Below, one piece after another: positions 19,294 to 30,200 of a stretch of DNA of 64,000 nucleotides. Below the pieces are notes generated by a model, which did not search any database, was not told the origin of the DNA, and saw only the letters and a program-made list of their open reading frames with translations. The first letter of the stretch is position 1, and each line of letters starts with the position of its first letter. Location of the stretch: contig OY969699.1 in NCBI GenBank assembly GCA_963702025.1, positions 1,408,001 to 1,472,000 of the forward strand, read 5' to 3'. This stretch comes from an uncultured bacterium. Lineage in GTDB: Bacteria > Babelota > Babeliae > Babelales > Vermiphilaceae. A program made the position numbers and the translations under genes.

Positions 19294-20019
19294 TTAATGC
19301 GCCAGCTCAAAAAAGAGATGATCCCGCGTTGCTTTTTCGTCAAGATTGGCGACCTGCACAGCAGGTTTAAGTTTTGTATAATCCAGGCCATGCACAATTA
19401 CTTTAGTTCCTTGTTTATTAAAATCGATAGTAGAAATATTGCCGAAAAAGTGCGGTATCGTGAATGTTTGCGGTATTTCAAATTTGTCCGGTTGTAGGCC
19501 CGGCTTGCGCAGTTTTTGCACCGCAAGCACCGTTTTCCAATCAAGGCGTTCAATGCCCCCTTGGGGGAATACCATTTCATGTTTCAGTGTTGCTAAAAGT
19601 ACCCCATCATAAGAAAGAGCAATGTGGCGCACATCCGTCAAAGATTCGAAATGTGTAATATCCTCAAGGCCCTGATTGATTTGGGCAATTTTTTCAGACA
19701 ATGCATAGCGTTGTTTCAGATCATACACGGCAAGAATTGCAGAAACGGAAGTAAAGCCTTTTTTTCCATCAAAAGTGTTATGTTTCCTCTCTAAAGTAAG
19801 CATCGTAGAAGAATCCCGCCAATATGTATCGATCATATCTATAGCAAGACAAGGAGAATCTGAGCTGTCTGATTCATGTTGCAAGAATTTTTCTCTTGTC
19901 CGCTCGACACATTCGGCATCCGTTTCTGAATCAATGGTATCTAATGGGCTTGGCGATTGTTGCATAGTGTAGGTACAGTTTGCGAATAATAGCGTAATTG
20001 CAATGATGATGTTTTTCAT
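19294..20019 (-). CDS. Secreted protein with beta-propeller-like blades
   Basis: Leader ...CTYT|MQQ; IALSYDG and IDFNKQGTKVIVHG shared with 21504..22298. Confidence 0.7.
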   Translation of the reverse strand: MKNIIIAITLLFANCTYTMQQSPSPLDTIDSETDAECVERTREKFLQHESDSSDSPCLAIDMIDTYWRDSSTMLTLERKHNTFDGKKGFTSVSAILAVYDLKQRYALSEKIAQINQGLEDITHFESLTDVRHIALSYDGVLLATLKHEMVFPQGGIERLDWKTVLAVQKLRKPGLQPDKFEIPQTFTIPHFFGNISTIDFNKQGTKVIVHGLDYTKLKPAVQVANLDEKATRDHLFFELAH

Positions 20020-20047
20020 GGAATATCCTTCTTTAATGATGATTTTT

Positions 20048-20860
20048 TTATTTCTTTATCAACTCATAAAACTCTTTAAGAATCATATTATGATGTTCGG
20101 CATCAGCTTCAAAAAAATAATCCGCTAATAGTCGTTGCCCTGAATATTGATAATATTCATATTCACCCTTAATTTCTTGGCCCCACTTCCATTCTTGTGG
20201 TGGCAATTTTTCTCGAGCAACTTTAATTTTTAGATTTTCTATTGTATCCTCATCAGTTTCATATGGTCGTAGAACAAACCGCACTTTTTTTCCATTAATT
20301 AATGACTTGGTATGTCCGGTTGGAACACATGCAAGTAAGCGATGGCATAAATCTTTTTTGGTAATGCCAACCTTATTGGTATGCACCTTAACATTATCAT
20401 ATATGCCTAATCCTTCACCATCACGTATTGCAATCTTGTTGTATGTTATAATTTCATTAGCACCTATCTTTACAAAATTATCTTTTTTTATTTTGGCCAA
20501 AAGCTCTTGAAAAGCGGCTAAGCGAGCGCCAACCGCTTTTGATGCCTGCACACATAATTGCATGAAAAGTGATGATCTCACCAATGAATATTGGCCCACA
20601 TCATCATAGAATGCCGTTTTTTCTAAATCACAAAAATAATGATCAAAAACCTCTGCTTTTTCTAACAGAGGATTCTCAGAGCCTTGTTGGGGAGTTTCAT
20701 TTTTTTCTGTGGTAATAAAAAGATCACCTGAATTGATAATAACCTTAAAATCACCCATTTGAACCAAATGAGCATATGGTTGTTCGGGTGCTGGTTTTTC
20801 TTCCATTCCGAGCGCTACCGCATTCATCATTAATAAAACCGACAACATGATTTTATTCAT
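20048..20860 (-). CDS. Secreted protein, unknown family X
   Basis: Leader ...VALG|MEE; LFMQLCVQASK, HRLLACVPTG, FEADAEHH. Confidence 0.8.
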   Translation of the reverse strand: MNKIMLSVLLMMNAVALGMEEKPAPEQPYAHLVQMGDFKVIINSGDLFITTEKNETPQQGSENPLLEKAEVFDHYFCDLEKTAFYDDVGQYSLVRSSLFMQLCVQASKAVGARLAAFQELLAKIKKDNFVKIGANEIITYNKIAIRDGEGLGIYDNVKVHTNKVGITKKDLCHRLLACVPTGHTKSLINGKKVRFVLRPYETDEDTIENLKIKVAREKLPPQEWKWGQEIKGEYEYYQYSGQRLLADYFFEADAEHHNMILKEFYELIKK

Positions 20861-21492
20861 TTTGAGTTCCTTTCAAGTTTACGGCAAAGTTTTTCAAATT
20901 CATCACAGATTTTTTCGTGTTCTTGATCCTCATAAAAATTATGTCCGGAAAACATTTCTATAATTTTCACCGGTTTTATACATTTTGATTGCCATTTTAA
21001 AAAAGCCAACCCTATTTTTGTTTCATTAATGAGTGTATTGTAACAGTTGATCGTATTATCACCAATGCCATCCCACGGGATGCGAGACAATAGTTTATAA
21101 AATTCGTTCGGCTCTTCAATGCCGATCCAATCATTATTGTGATTTAAAGATTTTTCTAAATCACTTTGTAAGCCAAGCAACAAAGATGGATCATATTCCC
21201 ATTGAGTAGGGAAAGTTTCTCTCTCTCTTATTTTGCACGCTTGCACCACTAAATGTATAAATAATGGTCTTTGAGTTGTAACAATATTCGTATCACCAAA
21301 TATTTTTTTTAAATGGGGAGCGTCGGCCAAAACTTTGTTATAGGCACGTAGATGAGAAGGCATATTGGAAATATTGCGTGCAGCCGCGTTATAATGTGCT
21401 ACAAAATTAACTTTTGGTTTAGGCGCTATCATTGCTTGAATGGGAATGCACAATGCCGCTAAATTCAGCGCTACAATAATCTTTTTCTTCAT
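20857..21492 (-). CDS. Secreted protein, unknown family X (IPW subtype)
   Basis: Leader ...PIQA|MIA; LFIHLVVQA, FYKLLSRIPWDG. Confidence 0.8.
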   Translation of the reverse strand: MKKKIIVALNLAALCIPIQAMIAPKPKVNFVAHYNAAARNISNMPSHLRAYNKVLADAPHLKKIFGDTNIVTTQRPLFIHLVVQACKIRERETFPTQWEYDPSLLLGLQSDLEKSLNHNNDWIGIEEPNEFYKLLSRIPWDGIGDNTINCYNTLINETKIGLAFLKWQSKCIKPVKIIEMFSGHNFYEDQEHEKICDEFEKLCRKLERNSK

Positions 21493-21503
21493 TGATTAAC
21501 CCT

Positions 21504-22298
21504 TTATTTTTGCAAACTATTTGCAAGCTTTTTGCAAACGCCGCGTTGTTTAAAATAATCATCCAAAGTTTGTTTGCTTTTTTTAGCTTGAGCTTTACGC
21601 TCTTCTTTGTTCATCAGGTTCCACAGAAAATAAGTAGGTTCTTCTTTTTCAAAGCAAACGCCATGAGTAATAATTTTGGTGCCTTGCTTATTAAAATCAA
21701 GAAAAACGATATTTTTCAAAAGCATCGGAATAGGAAAATCTCTTTTAGTGTTGGTAGGAATATGAATCACCGTGATTTGCGCGCTATTTGGAGGAGCAGT
21801 AGCTCCTTGACATGCTATCGTTCTTTGGCCCAATCGCCCGAACCATTGGCCATCCGATGAAATGGCAACATCGATAGTTTGATAATAATATTTATCAGCA
21901 TCAATTACTGTGGCCACAGTATCAAGAGAGATGCGCTCTGAATCTTCTTTGGGCACCGTATCCCAAGCAATCACTCTTGATACCGTGGAATCACTTTGAT
22001 CAAGATAAACCTTCTTCAAATTATCAGGAGAATAAGCAGAAAAACAGGTAGAAATGCGCCCTTGTGACCGCCTATATTGTTGCGCGTCTCTATGATAATC
22101 ACTGACATTATGGCTTTTAATTTCTGTGCGGCGAATAAAATCAGCTTTTGATTCTCTCTTTCTGTTCGGCAAATAACTTGCAATAATATTCTGCGCATCT
22201 TTGGGCAGCATGGCTAAATAACAAATGCCCTGCTCACGTTGCATTGCTTGCAAAAAGCTGCAAAAAAGTAACGGCGCTACAATACTACGTAATTTCAT
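21504..22298 (-). CDS. Secreted F-box-like plus propeller-like protein
   Basis: Leader ...FLQA|MQR; YLAMLPKDAQNIIASYL; AYSPDN, AISSDG and LDFNKQG blades. Confidence 0.7.
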   Translation of the reverse strand: MKLRSIVAPLLFCSFLQAMQREQGICYLAMLPKDAQNIIASYLPNRKRESKADFIRRTEIKSHNVSDYHRDAQQYRRSQGRISTCFSAYSPDNLKKVYLDQSDSTVSRVIAWDTVPKEDSERISLDTVATVIDADKYYYQTIDVAISSDGQWFGRLGQRTIACQGATAPPNSAQITVIHIPTNTKRDFPIPMLLKNIVFLDFNKQGTKIITHGVCFEKEEPTYFLWNLMNKEERKAQAKKSKQTLDDYFKQRGVCKKLANSLQK

Positions 22299-22856
22299 TT
22301 AGGGACACCACATATCATTATTCCTTTGCTTCTCTTGATTGTAATTTCTCCTCTTGTTAAGAAATCTAATCAAAAGAGGATCGGCCCCACTCTGCTCAAC
22401 GTTCTCCCTCCATGATGAATCACTACAAAATCCAACAATAAGATCATCAGCGCAGGCGCTAATAATTGAGCTATTAAGCACTATGAGCGTATACTCAGCT
22501 TCGCTTTTTATAAATCCATTTAAAAACTTTTCAACCAGGTATTGGTTCGTGGCTTTGAAATGCAATGATACCGGCGTGATATGAAATAGACTATTTTCAT
22601 AAGAAATGTTGCAAGCTTCTTTGAGCAGTGGCATGGCTGCCCATTTGTTTATTTTGCGATAGCTTTCCCCGTAACGTTCACAAAGCTTATCATCGATTGC
22701 TTTTGCCAAAAGCTTTCGCTGCTTGGGCAATTTTTTCTCAATGTGATCGGCGATTGTTTTGACACACAACGATGCAAGCGATGGAATCCCGCTGCGGCTG
22801 GCCAGAAAATGAGTAAGGGAAAATGTAAAAAGTATGAGCGCTAAAAGTTTTTTCAT
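22299..22856 (-). CDS. Secreted protein with BC-box-like motif
   Basis: Leader ...HFLA|SRS; IPSLASLCVKTI; ends WCP; paralog of 34845..35465. Confidence 0.7.
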   Translation of the reverse strand: MKKLLALILFTFSLTHFLASRSGIPSLASLCVKTIADHIEKKLPKQRKLLAKAIDDKLCERYGESYRKINKWAAMPLLKEACNISYENSLFHITPVSLHFKATNQYLVEKFLNGFIKSEAEYTLIVLNSSIISACADDLIVGFCSDSSWRENVEQSGADPLLIRFLNKRRNYNQEKQRNNDMWCP

Positions 22857-23100
22857 ATGCTGCTATTCAAGAAAATGTCCCAAAAATCTCTATAAAGGAT
22901 GCCAATTTCTAAAAATAATGCCACAGTAACCTGCAAAAAAGCAATCGCTCTCGACTTAAAAATATGACTCATATGATTCATTTTTGGCTATTTATGACTC
23001 ATGCGAGTTATATGAGTTGTATTTTCAAATGACTTGCTATTTTGCCATGCATTTTTTATACTCAAATAAAACTTTTGCATCGCAAAATTAATAGGAAACT

Positions 23101-24420
23101 ATGAAAAGATATATAATCCGGGCTAATGAAGACGTTATTTTTGAGTCTTTTGAGAGGCCCTTCATAAGCGCCCTTTTGGGGCCTCGCAGGGTAGGAAAGA
23201 CTACATTGCTTGAATATTATATTGGCCAACACCCCCAAAGAAAATGGGTGAAATTCAATATGGATATTCTGAGCCAACGAGATCGGGTTTCTCAAGAAGA
23301 ACTGGCCCTCATGATCGAACAAACAGCATTACAAAAAATTGGTGGACCTCAAAAACTCTGGGTTTTTATCGATGAGGCGCAAAAATGTCCGGAACTTTTT
23401 GATCAAATTAAAGTGATATACGATACCTATAAAGGCACCAATCATATTAAATTTCTACTCACCGGATCAGCGCACCTTAATCTTCATCAATTGACCGCCG
23501 AATCACTGGCCGGGCGAGTAGAATTACTCAATTTACGTGAATTTAACTTGAAAGAAATGGCATTATTGGAAAATCATAACCTGAGCGTTCCACATGATAA
23601 TGCATTTGATGCCATTTTTCATAATAAGATAAGCACCTTGCATAAAAATTTCTCCGACTTATCTCCGTTTCAACTCGTTTTGCAATCTGCCCTAGAAGAT
23701 CTTTTAGTATGGGGAGGACTTCCTGAAACGATGCAAGAGCCTTCGGAAAAATTCCGTTTAAAATATCTGGGCGACTATCTGCAAACCTATTTGGAAAAAG
23801 ATATTCGCGCAATCGATACCATAGGGGATCTAACTCTTTATCAAAACTTAATGAAAATTGCTGCTGAACAAACAGGCTCTATCCGCGATGATAAAAAAAT
23901 TATTGAGGCACTCCATTGCTCCCGCATCACCCTTACCAAATACCGTGATTATTTGCTGGCAACTTTGCAATATGAAGAGATCTATCCGTATTTGCGCAGC
24001 TCGGTTAAACGGCTGGTAAAATCTCCTAAAGGATACCTTATAAACAATGGGCTTGTGAGCTACCTTACCGGCATTCATGAATTTTCTATACTTAAAACAA
24101 CCAATATGCTCGGCTATCGCTTTGAAAATTGGTTTTTAAATGAAATTAATACCTGGCTCGACGCTCAAACCGCTCATCATCAGGTTTTTTACTGGCGCAC
24201 CGGAGCAGGAGCTGAGGTGGATTTTGTTATCACATTGGGGAATAAAGTAATTCCGTTTGAAGTTACGTATGCATCTTCTATCGAAACTAAAAAATTAAAT
24301 AATTTAAAGAACTTTATGAAGAGCACTTCGCAGGTACCCCTTGGGGTGTTTTGCTACAATGGAAAACTGGAATTTGACAGTGAAAATAATATCCTCTTTT
24401 TACCGGCATGGATGATATGA
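23101..24420 (+). CDS. AAA_14 ATPase with DUF4143 domain
   Basis: GPRRVGKTT, FIDEAQ, LTGS, ESLAGR, WGGLPE, YWRTGAGAEVDFV. Confidence 0.92.
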   Translation: MKRYIIRANEDVIFESFERPFISALLGPRRVGKTTLLEYYIGQHPQRKWVKFNMDILSQRDRVSQEELALMIEQTALQKIGGPQKLWVFIDEAQKCPELFDQIKVIYDTYKGTNHIKFLLTGSAHLNLHQLTAESLAGRVELLNLREFNLKEMALLENHNLSVPHDNAFDAIFHNKISTLHKNFSDLSPFQLVLQSALEDLLVWGGLPETMQEPSEKFRLKYLGDYLQTYLEKDIRAIDTIGDLTLYQNLMKIAAEQTGSIRDDKKIIEALHCSRITLTKYRDYLLATLQYEEIYPYLRSSVKRLVKSPKGYLINNGLVSYLTGIHEFSILKTTNMLGYRFENWFLNEINTWLDAQTAHHQVFYWRTGAGAEVDFVITLGNKVIPFEVTYASSIETKKLNNLKNFMKSTSQVPLGVFCYNGKLEFDSENNILFLPAWMI

Positions 24421-24422
24421 TT

Positions 24423-24884
24423 ATGCGAATAACAATCCGCCCTTTTACATCCGCCGATACTCCGGCACTGATACAATTATTTAAAGAGGCGGTTAACGCA
24501 ATAAATATTCGCCATTATTCGCCCGAACAAATAGCGGTCTGGACAAATATTGATGCCGATCGCTTTCAAAAAAAATTAGAAAAAAATATTGCTTTCATCG
24601 CTGAAATCGATTCAAGAATTGTTGGCTTTGCTGATATAACGCACGAAGGGTATCTTGATCGCCTGTATGTGCACAAAGATTACCAAGCCCGTTGGGTTGC
24701 CCTTTCCCTTTTTAAAGCGATAGAAAAAGCGGCACGCGAGCTTGGCCTTACTAAAATTACTACCGATTGCAGTATTACCGCCAAAGTGCCGGCAGAGAGA
24801 ATGGGCTTTGTGACAATCAAAGAACAAACCGTGATGCGCCATGGGGTGCCGCTTGTTAATTATGTTATGGAAAAGAAGTTATAG
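24423..24884 (+). CDS. GNAT acetyltransferase (YafP-like)
   Basis: HYSPEQIAVW, GYLDRLYVHKDYQ, SITAK; close paralog at 42537. Confidence 0.9.
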   Translation: MRITIRPFTSADTPALIQLFKEAVNAINIRHYSPEQIAVWTNIDADRFQKKLEKNIAFIAEIDSRIVGFADITHEGYLDRLYVHKDYQARWVALSLFKAIEKAARELGLTKITTDCSITAKVPAERMGFVTIKEQTVMRHGVPLVNYVMEKKL

Positions 24885-25623
24885 TTTTTTACTTTCCCTC
24901 ATTGCGCTACAGCATTTGCTCTGCTTTGCATGCCAAACACCATTACCCTCATATCTTCAATTGTTGCCAAAAGATCTATGGCGCGAGACCATGAATTGCA
25001 CTCTCTCAACCGCACCATTATGGCAGGATAAAGAGGAAGATAATAGAGTTGAGCAGGCTCTCCGCTTTAATGCCCTTGCAAAAGAACTGTGCAACTTAAA
25101 TTTGCAGCATATGATCATTTCCCGCATGCAAGCCGATCTTTCGCATGCAAAAAAAAAGATTCTGGAGCCTTACTATCCGGATTATAATTTTAAATTAAAT
25201 CGCTTTGATGATTTTTTTAATTATGGCGCATCAAGAAAAAAACCGGAAAAAGATCCTCTTTCTCCCGACAACCCCAAAAATTTTATCAACATTTTACCAC
25301 TAAAAAATATTCTCTCGTATTATGAAAGTGATAAAGAATGGGTAAAGATTTTTTTGATGACAAAGAACTGCGGCGGCACCTTACGCAAGCATATTTTTCT
25401 GTGCGCGATGACGCATCGCAATGAAGAACTTGTTAATCTTCTCTGGAACAACAACTATCGAAAAAAATTACTGTTATCTAAAATGTGGAAACGTCCCTTT
25501 ATTCGCATGGCAAGCTGTGTTGCGTATAAGGCCGGCTATGCAGGAATTCACGCAGAGTTTAAACAAATGGAAGACAAAATAAAGGCTAAAATTAAGGCAT
25601 CGCAAGTATGGTATCCGGGGTAG
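24862..25623 (+). CDS. Secreted F-box-like hypothetical protein
   Basis: Hydrophobic leader ...LCFA|CQT then SYLQLLPKDLWRETM; start uncertain. Confidence 0.6.
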   Translation: MLWKRSYSFLLSLIALQHLLCFACQTPLPSYLQLLPKDLWRETMNCTLSTAPLWQDKEEDNRVEQALRFNALAKELCNLNLQHMIISRMQADLSHAKKKILEPYYPDYNFKLNRFDDFFNYGASRKKPEKDPLSPDNPKNFINILPLKNILSYYESDKEWVKIFLMTKNCGGTLRKHIFLCAMTHRNEELVNLLWNNNYRKKLLLSKMWKRPFIRMASCVAYKAGYAGIHAEFKQMEDKIKAKIKASQVWYPG

Positions 25624-25753
25624 CACACTTGTCACTTGTCTGTGCCAAGCGATGATCCCTTATATTGTAATTTTGACCATAGAATGCTAGTTTTATGTTA
25701 TAATTTCGACCATGAACTTGCAAAAACAGGTTTGATTTTAACCATGGATAGCT

Positions 25754-27109
25754 ATGAAACGTCTATATGACCATTATCTTTCATTATGGAAACATGATTC
25801 AATTCGCAAGCCACTTTTATTACGGGGTGCCCGTCAAGTGGGAAAGACCTATGCAGTTCGAAAATTGGGGCAAACATTTGAGAGGTTTATAGAAATAAAT
25901 CTGGAAGAAACTCCGCGGGCAAGAGAAATATTTGAAAAAGATTTAATAGTCGAAAGAATTATGCGCGATATTTCACTTCTTACCGGCCAAGATATCATTG
26001 CCGGAAAAACACTATTATTCATTGATGAAATTCAACTGGTCCCGCAGGCAGTTCTCGCACTCCGCTATTTTTATGAAAAAGTACCACAGTTACATGTAAT
26101 AGCGGCAGGCTCTCTCTTGGATTTTGCTATTGCTCAAGTAGGAATACCGGTAGGGCGCGTTCAGCTCATGTATATGTATCCATTATCGTTTATTGAATTT
26201 TTAGCTGCAATGAAGGAACATCAAATTATTAAAGAGATCATGGTCCATGAGCTAGGCCGGGAATTAACCACTGTTATTCATGAAAAGATATTAGAATATG
26301 TGGCGCATTATCAGGTGATTGGAGGAATGCCTGCAACCGTAGAAAATTGGCAAAAAAATAAAAATCCTCACACGTGCCAACGGATCAGCTCTTCAATTTT
26401 GGAGACATATCGACATGATTTTGTAAAGTATGCAAAACGACATCAAATTAAATATCTAGAGCTTCTCTTTAAAGAAGTTCCGCGACAGTTAAGTCAAAAA
26501 TTTAAATATAGTGATGTTGAAGGAGAGTATCGCAAGCGGGAACTTGCACCGGCACTGGATCTTTTGGAAACGGCGGGGCTTACTCATAAAGTGCATTATT
26601 CCGCGTGCCAAGGCTTTCCCTTTGGTGCCCAGACGAATCCGCAAGATTTCAAAGTTATATTTCTAGATATTGGGCTTGCAGAAACTATGCTATCGCTTAA
26701 TCTTCAAGATTGGTTCCTTGATCCACTTGGAACACTTGTTAATAAAGGAGCCATTGTAGAAGCATTTGTTGGGCAAGAAATGCTCGTATATGCTGATCCA
26801 TTTATTACTACTGAGCTTTTTTATTGGCACCGCGAATCTCCTTCTAGCCAGGCAGAGATCGATTATGTAATTCAACAAAAAGATGCTATTATTCCAATTG
26901 AGGTAAAAGGTGGTAGCGGAAAAACGCTCAAAAGTATGCATCTTTTTCTTGAGAGCCATAAACAATCTCCGTATGGCATTCGTTTTTCTACAAATAATTA
27001 TTCATTGTTCGAAAAACTCCATTCTTATCCTTTGTATGCGATCGCAAAAGTTATCGGCACTAATAACTTTGAACTTTTGCGAGCAATTAATTCGTTAGTA
27101 GACAAGTAA
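25754..27109 (+). CDS. AAA_14 ATPase with DUF4143 domain
   Basis: GARQVGKT, FIDEIQ, AAGSLL, PVGRV, GGMP, AEIDYV..IPIEVK. Confidence 0.92.
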   Translation: MKRLYDHYLSLWKHDSIRKPLLLRGARQVGKTYAVRKLGQTFERFIEINLEETPRAREIFEKDLIVERIMRDISLLTGQDIIAGKTLLFIDEIQLVPQAVLALRYFYEKVPQLHVIAAGSLLDFAIAQVGIPVGRVQLMYMYPLSFIEFLAAMKEHQIIKEIMVHELGRELTTVIHEKILEYVAHYQVIGGMPATVENWQKNKNPHTCQRISSSILETYRHDFVKYAKRHQIKYLELLFKEVPRQLSQKFKYSDVEGEYRKRELAPALDLLETAGLTHKVHYSACQGFPFGAQTNPQDFKVIFLDIGLAETMLSLNLQDWFLDPLGTLVNKGAIVEAFVGQEMLVYADPFITTELFYWHRESPSSQAEIDYVIQQKDAIIPIEVKGGSGKTLKSMHLFLESHKQSPYGIRFSTNNYSLFEKLHSYPLYAIAKVIGTNNFELLRAINSLVDK

Positions 27110-27200
27110 ATTATTCGCGGTTGCATATTAGCTATTCTTCTTTTTTGAATTTGCAGCTATACTACGTGCTAATGTTTTTGCATCGCAACAAGGAGAATCA

Positions 27201-30200
27201 ATGTTGAAAAAATCTGTTTTTGCATCTTTGTCTTATCTCTCTTTTTTAATATTTCATAACGCCTTTACGATGGAGCAAGATCGGCATAGCTATCACTTGA
27301 GTATAAAAAAAATTCAAAACTCTCCGGATCAACTTACCATAAAAATAAGTAAGAATGCTCAGAAATGCTCATTGGTTGCAAACTTTGCAGCGCATACCTG
27401 CGATAACGAACAGAATTTATTTGCGCCTTTCAAAACCGCAGCTGGATTAAAAAATGCAACGTTTGGCGATGCAGCAAATCCTGATTGTTTTTTGTGGAAC
27501 ATTCCGGAGTTTGGGTTGCTTAAATTGCAGCGCGATGGATCAATGTTTTTTGGCCATGGGCAAAATGATGTGCCATTAGCGCATGATGAACTCACGTTTA
27601 ACACGCCCGGCACACTATTTTTAGAATCATTAAAAGTTGCTGCCTTAAAAATCAAATCAGAAAAAGCACAACTCTGCCAAGCAGTAGTTGCCGATCAAGT
27701 GCATGCTGATCATTCCGTTCAAAACAGTGGTTGTTTAAAAACAAAACGGCTTGTAGGCCCCGGGGAATTTTTGAATGAAGGATTATTAGAACTTGAAGGT
27801 ACGCGACAAAAGCCGGCAATCTTAGGCATCAAAAAATTTCAAAACAAAAACAAACTTCCCCTGCTTGCCGCAAAGGTGCAATCTTCTCACTTGCGTGTAA
27901 CGGGCGATAATCAATGTTTTAGTAATGGTGATGGCGCGCTTTTTGATGTGTCAGATTCGCTTTGGGTTGAAAAATTGCAATCGGGCATCGCATCATTATT
28001 TTGCAATAAAGGATCGCTCACAACCGGCCAATTTGATTTATGCCGACAAGCAACTAATGAAGGATTTTTGCAAGCTCATACCATGACGGCCAAAGAACAA
28101 CAATTTGATAATAAAGAGTTCGGGCAAGTAAAAATTTTGGATGCCATGTATGTTGACTCTTCAATAGTAAATGAAGGTGAGCTTAATGCACAGAGAATCA
28201 TTAATGTGAATAATGGAGTTAATAAAGGAACAATTACCGGATCGCCTGATCTTTCTTTAGATGTCCGCCATACACTCGATAACTATGGCCAAGTAAAAAT
28301 TTCCTCTTTATCAGGCGAAGGTGTTTTTAAAAATCATCGCAACCTCTTCTTTAACAACGTTTACCCGACAACAATTCAAACACTTATCAATCAAACATTA
28401 GCTCACGATAAAAAAGCAAAAATTGAAGGCCGCGGACTTTATATTCAAGGCGGCATATTCTTAAATGAAGTTGATTCAGATATTTGCCTAAATGGAAACT
28501 TAAGTTTTACCAGTAGACAGCCATGGTTAGGAATTGTTAGCCCTGTTGCTAAACTTGCTTGCAATAAAGGAAATATCAAAGTGCAATCGCTCCATCTCTT
28601 TGAAGAGTATGGCTTGGAAAATAGTGGAAATGTAGAAATAAAAGATTTGCGACTGGAGCAAAAAACGCCATTGAACAACTTGCAAGGAGGGTCCGTTGAA
28701 ATAAATGGATCAATGTCTATTGATAAGACTGCTATCAAAAATGCCGGTGAGCTTACAACACATGGTAATGTTAATCTTACAGCTGCACATGTGGAAAATA
28801 AGGGCACCATGATCTGCAAACAGGGAAATCTTTCTTACACCGATGCAAAATTGGACAATGCAGGCAACGTGTTAATGGATGGTGTTAAATCTTCAGATAT
28901 TCTCGATGTTACCAATTCAGGAATGCTGGCCCTCAAAGATAGTGCTTTGAATTTCGGAGAGTTAAAAAATGAGAAAGACCTTGTCTTGCATAGCGGCGTT
29001 TATGCCGTTAATGCCTTGACACGAAATAAACGATTACAATTGTTAGATCAAGATTGGGTAATCACTGATGATCCAAAGCATCAAGCTCCTCATAGATTGC
29101 TCTGTATGAATTCTCCCGAAAAAAAATCTTGGGGTGCCAGCTTTGCAGAAGAAATTGAGTGTCAACGCAATTTGCGTTATGACCTTGAAGTGTGGCCCGG
29201 CAATGTGCGCAGTCAAGCAGATGTATGTTTATCAAGTCGGTATATTCGCGATATAGACCAGCTGAAGGCATTGCAAACTCCCGGTAAAGTTACTGCGTGG
29301 TGTGGCCCAATCAATTTGATCGAAGAAGAAGAGAAAGAATCAGAAAGCAATTTTTTGTGGGGTTTCAATTTTGCTGCTTTGAGAAGATGTTTCTCTCATT
29401 ATGATTTTTCAAATATTGGTCACTTAGCATTAAACGTCTTTGGACCCTTTACTACGCATTATTCTTTCCAGGCTCCGACACTTTCCATGCATGTGCTTGG
29501 CCCTCTAGTTTTGGGTAAAGATAATGAACATTTAGGCACTCTCGCTGCTACCCATGGACCTTTAACCGTTCAGGCACATAGTATTGACGGCCGCTTTGGT
29601 AAATTCTATGGCAACGGAAAAACCTTACTTGAATCATACAAAGAAGATATCACCGTTGGTGCACCAACGCGCGGCATTGATGAAAACATTAAACAGCAAT
29701 TTATAAATGCATATCCCCGTCCTGGAGGCTTTTGGAATAAGTTTGTTGATAATTTTCTTGCTTCTTTCGATTATACCCTCAATCAACCCAATGGTGCCTA
29801 TGCGGCTTCTGATAATCATCTTACATTGCGATCAGCAAAAAACATATTTGTTAAATATGGAACCGTGATCAGCGCTCTGGGCAATCATTTGATTGCTCAA
29901 AATGAAGTTCAAAATCTTTCGGGTAAAATTTCTTCGCAAGGAGGAACCACATTCGAAGCCGATACGTATAATCATACACGTGAGGGTGCTGCAACCAAAT
30001 CATGGACAAGCCAACATGATTATTATCAATATCCCGGATCGGGTCCTGCAGTTCTTGAATCATTAAAAAAAATCGACTTCTTGGTCAAAAAAGTGAACAA
30101 TCGCGCCGGTTCTATTCGCTGTGGTGAAGATATTGGCGTAAATGGATCTAAAACATTGGCTCAAGCCACTGAATATGTTGAAGAGCCGCAGCATTTTTAT

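Noticed and set aside
12553..22856. Integron-like cassette array
   Set aside because: Intergenic gaps are mostly too short for attC sites, no repeated attC-like palindrome was seen, and there is no integrase in the window
23101..27109. Named anti-phage defence system built from the two AAA ATPases, GNAT and neighbours
   Set aside because: AAA_14/DUF4143 genes are common stand-alone genes; no partner pattern I can support
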